From the IMG/VR virus record IMGVR_UViG_3300009103_000004, positions 32,001-96,000 of that record: a stretch of 64,000 nucleotides of DNA; one strand, given 5' to 3'. Every line of letters starts with the position of its first letter. Position 1 is the stretch's first letter. The notes under the pieces were generated by a model. The model was not told where the DNA came from. It did not search any database and worked only from the letters and a program-made list of their open reading frames with translations. The DNA comes from a virus. The position numbers were made by a program, and so were the translations under genes. Of the stretch, positions 43,754 to 53,236 are shown piece after piece.

Positions 43754-44364
43754 AACTTTTCGTAAATTAAATCCATGTGTCCTTTGGCAATCCCTTTTGT
43801 GAAAAGTTTGTGCTTATTTAAGAAAGCATTTAGTTCGTCAAATAGAACTCCACCTGTATAATAGATTGCCTTCACAGATACTTCTGTGTGCAGCCAATCA
43901 ATTTTATATATATGGTCATCAAAACTTTTTAAAACTTCAAGCTCTGCGCCTTGCACATCTAAAAATACATCATACTCTTCAATATTTAAATTGAGAGAAG
44001 ATATTATACTAGACATTCTTGTTGACTGTAATTTTATTGACCCTTTGTAGCCTAATTTTTTTTCGTGCTTTTTGCGCATCTCAAATATACTAGAAGAAGC
44101 CAGCATATTGTCTGTGCTGTATAACTTAAAATCGTATGTCTCCGATTCTTTATTGGTCACTAATGCTTGTAGTGCTTGAAAATTATTTCCGTTTGATTCG
44201 TTTACTTGATTTAAATTTTTCTGTAACTCTTTAAAAACTTCGGGAATCGGCTCGATGAATAAACCTTCTTTGTATTTGTCTTTGTACTCAGGACGCTTAC
44301 CAGTAGGAAGCATTTCACGCATATCATTTGCGCCTATGAACAAAATTTTCTTTTTATTTTTCAT
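43750..44364 (-). CDS. FkbM-family methyltransferase
   Basis: FIGAN, FIEPIP, SSSIF, LDVQGAELEVLK, TEV. Confidence 0.85.
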   Translation of the reverse strand: MKNKKKILFIGANDMREMLPTGKRPEYKDKYKEGLFIEPIPEVFKELQKNLNQVNESNGNNFQALQALVTNKESETYDFKLYSTDNMLASSSIFEMRKKHEKKLGYKGSIKLQSTRMSSIISSLNLNIEEYDVFLDVQGAELEVLKSFDDHIYKIDWLHTEVSVKAIYYTGGVLFDELNAFLNKHKLFTKGIAKGHMDLIYEKL

Positions 44365-44372
44365 TAAGACCT

Positions 44373-45032
44373 TTAATAGACAATATTTCGCCAGTCTAGA
44401 GTTTTAGAAACAACTCCAAAACCGGCTCCGTAATTTGACAAATTTTCAGACTGAAGTTTTTCGACGTAATCCATATCCACTAAATCTGGGTGTACGTACC
44501 AATCTTCATAAACCCACTTTGGGTGCTTGTTGGTAATGTCCCCAAATACTAAGTAGTATCCTCTATCTTCTAGTATTTCCCTAGATTCATTTCTTGGGCC
44601 TGCATCTTTACCGTGGCAGTAATCATGCTCAAATGTTACAGTGGCAAACTTGTAGTCACCCATAACTTGCCCATCCAGAGCTTTAAGCACATTTAAAGTT
44701 TTTCTGGGGGGTTCAATATCTAATTGTAAGTAGTCTATGTTTTGAGGGGCGTTATATGTATTAAATATTTCTCGGTAGTTGTGTTGTTGAGCATCACCAA
44801 ATACGTAGTTACTATTAGGCCTGTGCTTCTTATACAACCTTTCATATTTTTTTCGCTTAAACTCAAACATTATACCTGTCCAATTTAAACTAGATTCTAA
44901 TAAGTAAGTATTATTTATACGTATTGGGGTATGCGACCCCACCTCAATAAAGAAGCCATCGGTTTTATTTTTTAGAATCTTGCAGACAAATTTATCTTGT
45001 TCTGCTTGCCCATTATATTTTACAGGTTTCAT
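44373..45032 (-). CDS. FkbM-like (Methyltransf_21) methyltransferase
   Basis: GQAEQD, GFFIEVGS, NNTYLLE..WTG, IDYLQLDIE, TFEHD, EDWYVHP. Confidence 0.8.
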   Translation of the reverse strand: MKPVKYNGQAEQDKFVCKILKNKTDGFFIEVGSHTPIRINNTYLLESSLNWTGIMFEFKRKKYERLYKKHRPNSNYVFGDAQQHNYREIFNTYNAPQNIDYLQLDIEPPRKTLNVLKALDGQVMGDYKFATVTFEHDYCHGKDAGPRNESREILEDRGYYLVFGDITNKHPKWVYEDWYVHPDLVDMDYVEKLQSENLSNYGAGFGVVSKTLDWRNIVY

Positions 45033-45034
45033 TA

Positions 45035-45787
45035 TTAATCTTCAAATTGATAACCGAAGTATTCTATATCCTTAGCGTAGCGTTTTGCTACAATTTCTCT
45101 AGTTTCATCATTGTAGTACTCTGTGTAATGCTTACCCTTTGCTTTGTTCACATGCGGTAGTTCCAAATCGGCACCTATACGTTCACAGACCTTTGGCCAT
45201 TCTTCCTTAAGGTTTTCCATCTTAATGATCATGTCCATACAATCTTGCCGTGTCTCGTCGACAATAAACGTTATCTGGCTAACGCCATGCCACTTCACCC
45301 ACGCGTAATCGGAACCTAACCATTTGTAGCCGTGACAGTTTCCTGGCTCAGAAAGACTTTTGACAAAGCCCTCAAAAGTGTCGCCGTGCTTGTCGTGAAA
45401 CTCTTTAAGAAATTCTCTACGAGTACGTAACCATTTTTCAGAGGATGCACTGTCGGGGTTCTCGACTACGGAGTCGGTAGTAGCGATCTGTATGTCGTAT
45501 TTGTAAGAAGACACGAGTCTAGACCAGGGGTTACGCACTATAGCAAACTTGAAGTACTCATCCCAGCACTCTGCATATGACGGATCATTATGAGGAGAAG
45601 GATATATCTTAGGTATCGGGTACTCCCGACCAATTTGATTCTTATGCCAATATCCCTTGTTAACCCAAGCGGGATCGTGCTTACCCTTACCCTTTATATG
45701 CTTGATATACCCAAACGCTCGCTCTACCGAAGAGCCTGCGTTCTTCGGAATGTGTATAAAAATGCATTTATGTTTATGGCTTATCAT
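45035..45787 (-). CDS. sulfotransferase family 2
   Basis: FIHIPKNAGSSV; IVRNPWSRLVSSY. Confidence 0.9.
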   Translation of the reverse strand: MISHKHKCIFIHIPKNAGSSVERAFGYIKHIKGKGKHDPAWVNKGYWHKNQIGREYPIPKIYPSPHNDPSYAECWDEYFKFAIVRNPWSRLVSSYKYDIQIATTDSVVENPDSASSEKWLRTRREFLKEFHDKHGDTFEGFVKSLSEPGNCHGYKWLGSDYAWVKWHGVSQITFIVDETRQDCMDMIIKMENLKEEWPKVCERIGADLELPHVNKAKGKHYTEYYNDETREIVAKRYAKDIEYFGYQFED

Positions 45788-46530
45788 GTTTGGTTGGTAT
45801 TCCTAAGATGATTAGTATAACCTGACCGAAGTAGCGTCCTGTATTTATCGTCAGCTTCTTTCCCGTGTATACTTTTGGGAAAGGTATTAAAGTCAGGAGG
45901 GTCCTGTAGATCCCATATTACGTTATTAGGATTGATACTAGCTGCCAGCCAACTAAAGGAACGGTAACCAACTAAAAAATTCTTTGCAGTGGCAAGAGCA
46001 CAAAAGTCATCATCCACAGAATTTGAAACAAGCTCGCACTTCATGCCGAGGCCTTCCAGTGCAGTTACGAGCTCATCCAAGTAACGCTTTGAAGCAGAAG
46101 CCATCAGATTCGTATGGTTGCCGTGAAATATGCAACAACGATCAAAGCTCTCAGACAGTCCGTTGGAACTTATTATAAAAGCATATTCTTCAGGAGAGGG
46201 TGGCTTTTCTGTAGGTATCTTAAATACATCTCCAACTCGAACGTGTAAAGCCAGGGCATCATCCGGTACAGTCTCAAAAGTTCTTGAGCTAACTATACCT
46301 GATAAAAGGTCAAAGTCTAATTTCGTAAAAGAAGGCATAAGACCCCATGCGCTTTCCTGTAGTGGTAAGTCGACGCTAGACAGATATCTGTGCACTATAG
46401 AATCCTCAGGATGTAATAACCCTTTGGGATTCAAAGTTATTATCATATCCCCAAGGTTATATATGCTAAGCCACTTCTTCTGACCTTTGCTAAGTTTACG
46501 TGATCCCATTATATATATTTCTTCATACAA
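45784..46530 (-). CDS. fucosyltransferase-like GT-B protein
   Basis: YNLGD, LALHVRVGDV, DDDFCALATAKNF..SFSW. Confidence 0.6.
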   Translation of the reverse strand: MYEEIYIMGSRKLSKGQKKWLSIYNLGDMIITLNPKGLLHPEDSIVHRYLSSVDLPLQESAWGLMPSFTKLDFDLLSGIVSSRTFETVPDDALALHVRVGDVFKIPTEKPPSPEEYAFIISSNGLSESFDRCCIFHGNHTNLMASASKRYLDELVTALEGLGMKCELVSNSVDDDFCALATAKNFLVGYRSFSWLAASINPNNVIWDLQDPPDFNTFPKSIHGKEADDKYRTLLRSGYTNHLRNTNQT

Positions 46531-47468
46531 TCATCTATTTTAGAAAAATCTGGGTACCCTAGATGTTTATAATATCTTTGATGCAGGGACAGTCCTATCC
46601 TTTTACCTTTAAGTGTTAGTCCTACTAAAGGAGATGGGGCACCTCTATAATGATTTATGTAAGCCAGATTAGGATCGCATACGACACTATGCGTATCCTT
46701 ATCTGCACAACCAGCATTATGTATAGATATGATGACAGGACTCTTTGCTAAAGTTTTATACATACCTTTAACCATTACCCATTTCTTCTTCTTTGTTTTT
46801 TTTGTCGGGTGATTAAATGTATCATAAGCGTATTCATGCATACTTCGTACTGGCACACCTGGTTTTCGAGATGGGCGAACTCGCTGATGAAGACGAAGGG
46901 CACCTAGTTTACCTTCTAGATTATGTTCGGATAACAAATCACCAATAGTGTCAGCCTCCATCCAAATAAACTCATCTGGGTCTATCAACATCCACCAGTC
47001 GGAATCATTATTCTCAATAGCGTCTTTATAAATAGATAATTGGGCATTGCTATTAACCTGACGTTTTCTAGAAACTCCCCAATTTTTGGACTCCAGCCGA
47101 TATGGCTTGTGCCAAGGTTTTAAATGAACTCCAGGGTATTTGGATGCGATGCTACGTAACCGTTCCATATTATCTTCATAAGAAGCATCAGATATGTGAG
47201 CCCCGGGCTTCATTTTCCACGCCTTGCCATCTTCCCTATCACCCTCAAACCAATCCGCAAAGTCCTTCTTACGAACTGATTCCTCTTTATACGAGTCGCA
47301 TAGTTCAACATCCCTAGAAGAATCGATTAAACGCTTATCTATAGACTTAGGGCCGTTCTCATAAATATGTATATCCGTGAAGCCGATTGACAAGTTGTGG
47401 TCGATCCACTCTTCTATAAAATCAATCTCCAAGCTAGGAAGTATAACAGTGGCTATAGAATATTTCAT
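46509..47468 (-). CDS. GT92/GT2-like glycosyltransferase
   Basis: EIDFIEEWIDHNLSIGF..IHIYEN, WWMLIDPDEFI, INHY. Confidence 0.75.
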   Translation of the reverse strand: MKYSIATVILPSLEIDFIEEWIDHNLSIGFTDIHIYENGPKSIDKRLIDSSRDVELCDSYKEESVRKKDFADWFEGDREDGKAWKMKPGAHISDASYEDNMERLRSIASKYPGVHLKPWHKPYRLESKNWGVSRKRQVNSNAQLSIYKDAIENNDSDWWMLIDPDEFIWMEADTIGDLLSEHNLEGKLGALRLHQRVRPSRKPGVPVRSMHEYAYDTFNHPTKKTKKKKWVMVKGMYKTLAKSPVIISIHNAGCADKDTHSVVCDPNLAYINHYRGAPSPLVGLTLKGKRIGLSLHQRYYKHLGYPDFSKIDDCMKKYI

Positions 47469-48118
47469 TTGTTAAAACCCCAGCCAAACATGTCAGTGTC
47501 CTCACAATAGACTTTGCCAACTGTATCCACCAAGTCCCCTGTATAGTGTTCAGAACAAGAACCGTGCTTAGTTGTATTCTTTTTGGGTAGTAGAGAAACG
47601 TTAGGAGCTTCAAGGTAGTCGCAAAGCAAAGGTAGCATGGCGGTAATATCAGAAATATCGAACAAAAGTCCTACATCAGATTCAAACACGTTCTGGTAAG
47701 CAGTAATAATAGTAGAAGCTGGAATAACATGCCAAGCATCTCGCTCTCTACCCCCTTTACTACCGCCCACGTAATCCTTTACAAATTCCTCAAACGATAA
47801 GCCCTTTAGTGGGCTATACTGCTTGGGCGAATTGTTTAGCATTGTCCAGTAAGACAATATCCGCTCCCAGGGATTCCTTAATATTGCGAACGACTTAAAA
47901 CTGGAATCCACTCCAGCGTCCTGTAAAACCCTAAAATAGTTCTTATAGCCATCCAGCATCCACGCAGCATACCGCCTATCCACATTCTTCATCTTTTTAA
48001 ACGCAGGTAAGTCCTTAACCTCCAGAGAGTTGTCAGAAAAGAGTCGAGACTTCTTTATGGACGTACCGGCACACTTTGGTATGTGTATAAATAAAATCTT
48101 TCTATCAAAATCAATCAC
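47465..48118 (-). CDS. sulfotransferase family 2
   Basis: FIHIPKCAGTSI; ILRNPWERILSY. Confidence 0.9.
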   Translation of the reverse strand: MIDFDRKILFIHIPKCAGTSIKKSRLFSDNSLEVKDLPAFKKMKNVDRRYAAWMLDGYKNYFRVLQDAGVDSSFKSFAILRNPWERILSYWTMLNNSPKQYSPLKGLSFEEFVKDYVGGSKGGRERDAWHVIPASTIITAYQNVFESDVGLLFDISDITAMLPLLCDYLEAPNVSLLPKKNTTKHGSCSEHYTGDLVDTVGKVYCEDTDMFGWGFNK

Positions 48119-48124
48119 GACATT

Positions 48125-49141
48125 CTAAAAATTACGAAGCTTGGTCATAACTTGTTTTATAGCCATCCACATGTCTAAATACTTATAAGTAGCCAGCCGC
48201 CCCAGGAACAACACATTGTTCTGTGATTGAGCTATCTTCTTGTACTTGCTATATATGTACCGGCCCTCACCGAAGTTCATTGGGTATATGGCGAGGTTCT
48301 TTCCAGGTATATGTTGTTGGGGATAGTCCCTGGTTATCACTGTTTCTGGACCTTGCTCGTTCAAGTATACGCTATTGTCTGAAGTACGATTGTACGGAGC
48401 GTCTCCACATTCATTCAATATAGCACCCTTATCCCAGTTAAACTCTGCCTCATCCTTGGTGACGACAGTGTGCTCGAACCTAAGGGATCTGTACGGAAGG
48501 TGACCATGAGCGTGGTCGCAATAATCATCCACCTTGCCTGTGTATATGAGTTTGTCACAACTGTACATGCCATCCATCCACCGCTTCCATTCGTCGGGGC
48601 CAACGCCAAGATTAACCTCAATACCGGACAACATGTTGTTCATCATATCAGTATACCCACGAACAGGTATGCCTTGGTGCTTATCTGTAAAATATCTATC
48701 GTCCCAATCGTCGCGCTTGCCAGGGACACGGTTGGTTATGGAGCTGGGGAGGTCACACCAAGGTACGCCCCAGTGGCGCTCCGAGTACTTGGTGAAAACA
48801 AGATCCCTTATTTCTTCAGGAGTGAGTGATCTGCCGAGCTGCTCTTCAGTCTTCTTATTGTAGGGTATACTGATCCTCCCTAGATCAGTGTTGGCCTCTA
48901 CACGATGCGTATATCCGTTAAACGAAGTATACCTATTTACAAACTCCCAGACCTCATCGTCATTCGTGTGGAATATATGCGGGCCGTATTGGTGTACGGT
49001 TACATTGTTAAGCAAGCCATCAAAACAGTTGCCCCCGATATGACGCCTAGTGTCAAATACCTCTACAGAGTGTCCCTTGTCCCGCAAAAGTATTGCAGAG
49101 ACAATCCCGGATAGTCCGCAACCAACAATGTTGATTTTCAT
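48125..49141 (-). CDS. glf: UDP-galactopyranose mutase
   Basis: IVGCGLSG, HIGGNCFD, HQYGPHIFHT, YFTDKHQGIP..GYT, LPYRSL, GRLATYKYLDM. Confidence 0.93.
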   Translation of the reverse strand: MKINIVGCGLSGIVSAILLRDKGHSVEVFDTRRHIGGNCFDGLLNNVTVHQYGPHIFHTNDDEVWEFVNRYTSFNGYTHRVEANTDLGRISIPYNKKTEEQLGRSLTPEEIRDLVFTKYSERHWGVPWCDLPSSITNRVPGKRDDWDDRYFTDKHQGIPVRGYTDMMNNMLSGIEVNLGVGPDEWKRWMDGMYSCDKLIYTGKVDDYCDHAHGHLPYRSLRFEHTVVTKDEAEFNWDKGAILNECGDAPYNRTSDNSVYLNEQGPETVITRDYPQQHIPGKNLAIYPMNFGEGRYIYSKYKKIAQSQNNVLFLGRLATYKYLDMWMAIKQVMTKLRNF

Positions 49142-49932
49142 CCAGACTTACTACTAAACGGCAACTCATTTAGCAAGTCTTTAGGGCCATATATAACTGG
49201 TGATTGTTTCAACTTACTGCGTTTCCTGACCCTACCCGAGAAGGCCCTGAAGAGTTCAGCCCAAGAACTGTTTCTATACTTGGGAGTGCGTATGTAGTTA
49301 AGGAATACGGCGGTCATCAAACCTTGCCTGCGCCTGCGGTACACAACCTCATATGCCACGCCACCAGAGTTGCAAGCAGCCAGCAAAATGTGACGCTGAG
49401 TTTCAGGATCCTTCTGCTTCCTGCCTAGCTTGCGTACGGCAACACCATCGCCTAGCTCACTTATCTTGTCACGTATAGGCTCGGGGTGAAAATCCGTTTT
49501 GTTATCCTCATCAGTCATGGTGCCGCTATGGCATGCATCTATTATAAGCGTAACCCCAACACCTCTGTTGTGACCCCACAAGCATTGCTTTATATCATCA
49601 TCAGTAAGCGCATCATCCCAATCGTGGTCATAAGTTATAAGGCATTCGTCTAAAAAGTCCGCCTCGTCATCGTCCTTATCAGGTACTTGACCGCCGTGAC
49701 CACTAAAGTAGAACAGTACATGGTCGCCACTAGTTGAAGTGTTTATAAGAGTTTTAAGTGCAATCAGTATATTTAACTTTGTAGCTTTTTCATTAAGTAG
49801 CATTTGTATGTCGTTAAACTTGAACCTGTTAGAACATACACGAGCTACCTTAGACGCATCATTCATACAGCCTCTAAGGTTTTTTCTTGAATCCGCATAT
49901 CTGTTTATACCAACTATTAGTGCTCTATTCAT
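49138..49932 (-). CDS. metacaspase (peptidase C14) with intact His/Cys dyad
   Basis: ALIVGINRY, LRGCMNDA, FYFSGHG, IIDACHSG, Q.P. Confidence 0.9.
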   Translation of the reverse strand: MNRALIVGINRYADSRKNLRGCMNDASKVARVCSNRFKFNDIQMLLNEKATKLNILIALKTLINTSTSGDHVLFYFSGHGGQVPDKDDDEADFLDECLITYDHDWDDALTDDDIKQCLWGHNRGVGVTLIIDACHSGTMTDEDNKTDFHPEPIRDKISELGDGVAVRKLGRKQKDPETQRHILLAACNSGGVAYEVVYRRRRQGLMTAVFLNYIRTPKYRNSSWAELFRAFSGRVRKRSKLKQSPVIYGPKDLLNELPFSSKSG

Positions 49933-49980
49933 ATTATTTATCTATTTTAGAGAATCTGTACCAACTAGCCAAGCTCATCT

Positions 49981-50793
49981 TTACCACCCCCTGCTAAGCA
50001 AAGTGCCATGCTCGCCATGCTTGATGACACAATGGCCAGCATAAGAAGAATCGTGTTCCTTGAGATCAGAACACGCAAAACCCTTATAGTCTAAATATGT
50101 TGGAACCAAAGACTCACAATAACCACGTATACCAGACCTGTGACCTGACACTAAAGTTTTAACAGCATCATTACTCAATCTAAACACAGCAAAATGGCAG
50201 CCATAATTGTTAAGAGGATCGAAACCAGAAACAATCTCCCACCAGGGCCACCAAGAACCACCCCCGCCTTTCACACTAAGATTGTACGCCAGAAAGCCAT
50301 CATCCACTGAGTCGTAAGCAAGAAGATACTTAGCAAAGTCACCGCTAGGCCAAGAGTCATACTCTATGTTCCAGTAGTATGCTGCGCTAGAATCGGAACG
50401 AAGATAGTAATCTAGTGTGCCGAACTCGCCATTGAACCATAGCGGGTTTCCTTTGAGGAACCGTTCGGTTTTGTCGCCTGGTGTGATGGGGTAATTAAAG
50501 TTGGGACACTTATTGGTTACGAACCCGTTTGCTATAATGTCCTTAACAGTAAAATCGTGAACAGCAAAAGCCAAAGGATCTCCCAAATTATCGGACGCAT
50601 TATCATACAATATTACAAGCTCGTAATCATATTTGCGAGTACTAATACCGTTATATTCGGATATCCCTTTTTGCAAGCGTGCTAAAACACTTTGTTGTGA
50701 TATGCCCTTGGTACGGCTCGTATCGTCCGTAAAAGGCCAAACATGTGTTCTGTAAAGTAGCTTACAAGTTGGTAGTTGTTTCTTTACTGACAC
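49981..50793 (-). CDS. glycosyltransferase-like protein (DUF3405-like)
   Basis: LYRTH, WFNGE, YYWNIEYD, RLS, GYCE..VPT; probable GTG start at 50793. Confidence 0.5.
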   Translation of the reverse strand: MSVKKQLPTCKLLYRTHVWPFTDDTSRTKGISQQSVLARLQKGISEYNGISTRKYDYELVILYDNASDNLGDPLAFAVHDFTVKDIIANGFVTNKCPNFNYPITPGDKTERFLKGNPLWFNGEFGTLDYYLRSDSSAAYYWNIEYDSWPSGDFAKYLLAYDSVDDGFLAYNLSVKGGGGSWWPWWEIVSGFDPLNNYGCHFAVFRLSNDAVKTLVSGHRSGIRGYCESLVPTYLDYKGFACSDLKEHDSSYAGHCVIKHGEHGTLLSRGW

Positions 50794-51001
50794 TGGGATC
50801 AATCCAAGTGTTTCCAGTCTCAGGGCCAAACTCCGCAACTAGTATCTCATCTAACTCAGCGTCAACACTAGCTTGGTGCTTGTGCTCATAACCGGCTTTA
50901 AACATCTCAGAAGCAACCGAAACATTTTCAGCGTTGTAATACATATAGTGCTCTTTCAAGCAAGTCTCGCCCTTATTTTTATATCGTATCTTATATAGCA
51001 T
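50762..51001 (-). CDS. small hypothetical protein
   Basis: ORF fills the gap between coupled genes. Confidence 0.5.
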   Translation of the reverse strand: MLYKIRYKNKGETCLKEHYMYYNAENVSVASEMFKAGYEHKHQASVDAELDEILVAEFGPETGNTWIDPSVSKETTTNL

Positions 51002-51004
51002 AGT

Positions 51005-51652
51005 TTATCTGTTTATTTTATTGGGATTAAAGATATACGACCAAGCTCTTTCTAAAAAATGACCTTCTTCTGGATCGCGTTCATTACTTACGGTTGTTAG
51101 TAACTTTCTATAATATTTTTTCGAATGTGACAACACATATTTCTTTGAAACTGAGAAACATGCACCAAAAGAACATCTAAATTCATCTTTGTCAGGAACT
51201 TCCAAATTTAAATATTTTTCCCACCATTTTTTAAAAGTTAACTCCGACCTAGTGAAGTTTTTCCATTTTAACATTCTTGGTATATGATCCCAGTTAGTAT
51301 ACCTGTTGCTTGATTCGTTACTATCAAGTTTCATGGAAGCAGATGGCTTGTCCGTATCTATGTCTAAGTATAAATCCCACCTGTAGCCGTAACCATGTGG
51401 TCTCGGCTCGCCCTGAACAAATACAGTTATATCTGACAGAGTATCATAGTTATTAACTATATGTGTAAGATACGTATGTGATTCCCTACCTATGTTAGGC
51501 ATGCGTTTTATCTTATCTATACGCTCCAATATCTCTGGGCGTATAGCGCGCCTGTCTTTAGAGTAAACAGTTACCTTAACATCGTCAGGGACATCCAGTA
51601 CCCATTTCAGATCTTCCTTATACCTAGCTACTACAATTTCTTTTGTTATCAT
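51005..51652 (-). CDS. DUF3431-family protein
   Basis: VVARYKEDLKW, NIGRESHTYLTHIVNNYDTL..TVFVQG, GACFSVS, LERAWSYIF. Confidence 0.85.
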   Translation of the reverse strand: MITKEIVVARYKEDLKWVLDVPDDVKVTVYSKDRRAIRPEILERIDKIKRMPNIGRESHTYLTHIVNNYDTLSDITVFVQGEPRPHGYGYRWDLYLDIDTDKPSASMKLDSNESSNRYTNWDHIPRMLKWKNFTRSELTFKKWWEKYLNLEVPDKDEFRCSFGACFSVSKKYVLSHSKKYYRKLLTTVSNERDPEEGHFLERAWSYIFNPNKINR

Positions 51653-52272
51653 TAACTAAATGAGTAATCAAATTTCTCACAATCAATTTTAAAGACATCA
51701 CCTATAATGTCCCGTGTTTCAGAATCATAGTAAGAAGAATATTTACCACGGTCGCCAGTATTAAGGCGGCGCAAAGTATTTTGCTTATCCGGCATATCCA
51801 ACTTTCTACATACCTTGTTAAAGTCAGTAAGTAATTGCTCAAAACGTCCTATGAAGTCAACTAGTATATTACCTGAATCATCGGTAAGCCACAGATATTG
51901 AGGACTAAGCTCGAGAGTAGAGTCCAAACCAGAATGCCCGAGAGTAGTGTTTGGATCATTATTAACCCATTGAACGAATCGAACCCAATCTGAAAAAAGG
52001 GTTGTACCGAACATGTTGGTGCATTGTTGCAGGAGTTTCTTGTGCGCGGGCCCATTAGATCGCAAACACATTGTATGGAATGATACCATACGGTCCCACG
52101 GATTCCTGACAAAAGCGAAAGCGAAGTAGTCCTCGTATGACGCACCCAACAAGGTCTTATATTGCAGGGCGGTAAGGTGGCGATCCCTCCTATTAAATAA
52201 AGTACGCGTTATAGATGTTCCTGCACACTTTGGAATGTGTACATGGATACACTTGTACTTGTTAGATATCAC
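51652..52272 (-). CDS. sulfotransferase family 2
   Basis: HVHIPKCAGTSI; FVRNPWDRMVS; probable GTG start overlapping the upstream TGA. Confidence 0.9.
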   Translation of the reverse strand: MISNKYKCIHVHIPKCAGTSITRTLFNRRDRHLTALQYKTLLGASYEDYFAFAFVRNPWDRMVSFHTMCLRSNGPAHKKLLQQCTNMFGTTLFSDWVRFVQWVNNDPNTTLGHSGLDSTLELSPQYLWLTDDSGNILVDFIGRFEQLLTDFNKVCRKLDMPDKQNTLRRLNTGDRGKYSSYYDSETRDIIGDVFKIDCEKFDYSFS

Positions 52273-53186
52273 AAACCAATGCTTTCCTTCCAACCAGGAA
52301 CCCAGTCCTCTAGGTTCATAGTCGGTGCCCAGCCCAGTACGTCACGTATCTTATTGTTGTCAGCAAGTGTCTCCCTAGGCTCTATGACAGGGTCCAGCTG
52401 AACTCGGTCACCACCGATAAGATCCGCCAAGTCGTTTACAGACCTGTTATCACAGTTACCTACGTTGAATACTTCACCACCACCAATCTTACTAGATTCA
52501 GATGCAAGGATGTTAGCACGTACGACATCACGTACGTAAGTGAAATCTCTACGCTGCTCACCATCACCGTTAATAGTCAGTGGCTTGCCTTGCAACCTCT
52601 GATCAGCAAAAATGCCCATAACCAGTGCGTATGCTCCAGTAAGAGGCTGTCTCTCACCGTAAACGTTAAAATACCTGAGGCAGACTGTAGGCAGAGAATA
52701 AACATCAGAGAATAGCTTACAGTAAATCTCGCCTATGAGCTTTTGCGCTGCATATGGGCTTAGGGGGTTTGTAGGGTGTTCCTCATCAGATGGTAAATAC
52801 TCAGGCTCTCCTAGTACCGAAGATGACGAGCTGAAGACGAAACGGTTGACATTGTAATCGCTACATAGCTTTAGCATGCGCAGAGTACCGCCAACATTTA
52901 CTGAGTCAAACCCAACGGGATCTTCTATAGAAGGCTGCACACGAGCCTTGGCGGCAAGATGAAACATAGTGTCAACACCACCGTCCAGCTCAGATATAAT
53001 AGCAGCTTCGGAACACTCCTGGCTTATATCGACTATAAGCAACTTTGACTTCGTGTTTACATTCTTATATACGCCGGTGGACATATCATCTACCACCAGA
53101 ACCTCGTCACCCTGTGATATGAGCTCGTCAACAAGATTGCTGCCAATGAAACCCGCACCACCTACTACTATATGTTTTTTACTCAT
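52269..53186 (-). CDS. NAD-dependent nucleotide-sugar epimerase/dehydratase (extended SDR)
   Basis: GGAGFIGS, HLAA, SSSS, YAAQK, LRYFNVYG, GDGEQRRDFTYV. Confidence 0.92.
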   Translation of the reverse strand: MSKKHIVVGGAGFIGSNLVDELISQGDEVLVVDDMSTGVYKNVNTKSKLLIVDISQECSEAAIISELDGGVDTMFHLAAKARVQPSIEDPVGFDSVNVGGTLRMLKLCSDYNVNRFVFSSSSSVLGEPEYLPSDEEHPTNPLSPYAAQKLIGEIYCKLFSDVYSLPTVCLRYFNVYGERQPLTGAYALVMGIFADQRLQGKPLTINGDGEQRRDFTYVRDVVRANILASESSKIGGGEVFNVGNCDNRSVNDLADLIGGDRVQLDPVIEPRETLADNNKIRDVLGWAPTMNLEDWVPGWKESIGL

Positions 53187-53236
53187 GAGTACTGTTAATA
53201 CTTAATCTTCGTTATTTGTAAACAGAAATGTTCTTC

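Noticed and set aside
43136-45130. Diversity-generating retroelement TR/VR pair in the similar sulfotransferase 3' ends
   Set aside because: The differences are largely synonymous and not adenine-specific, both copies are coding, and no reverse transcriptase is present.
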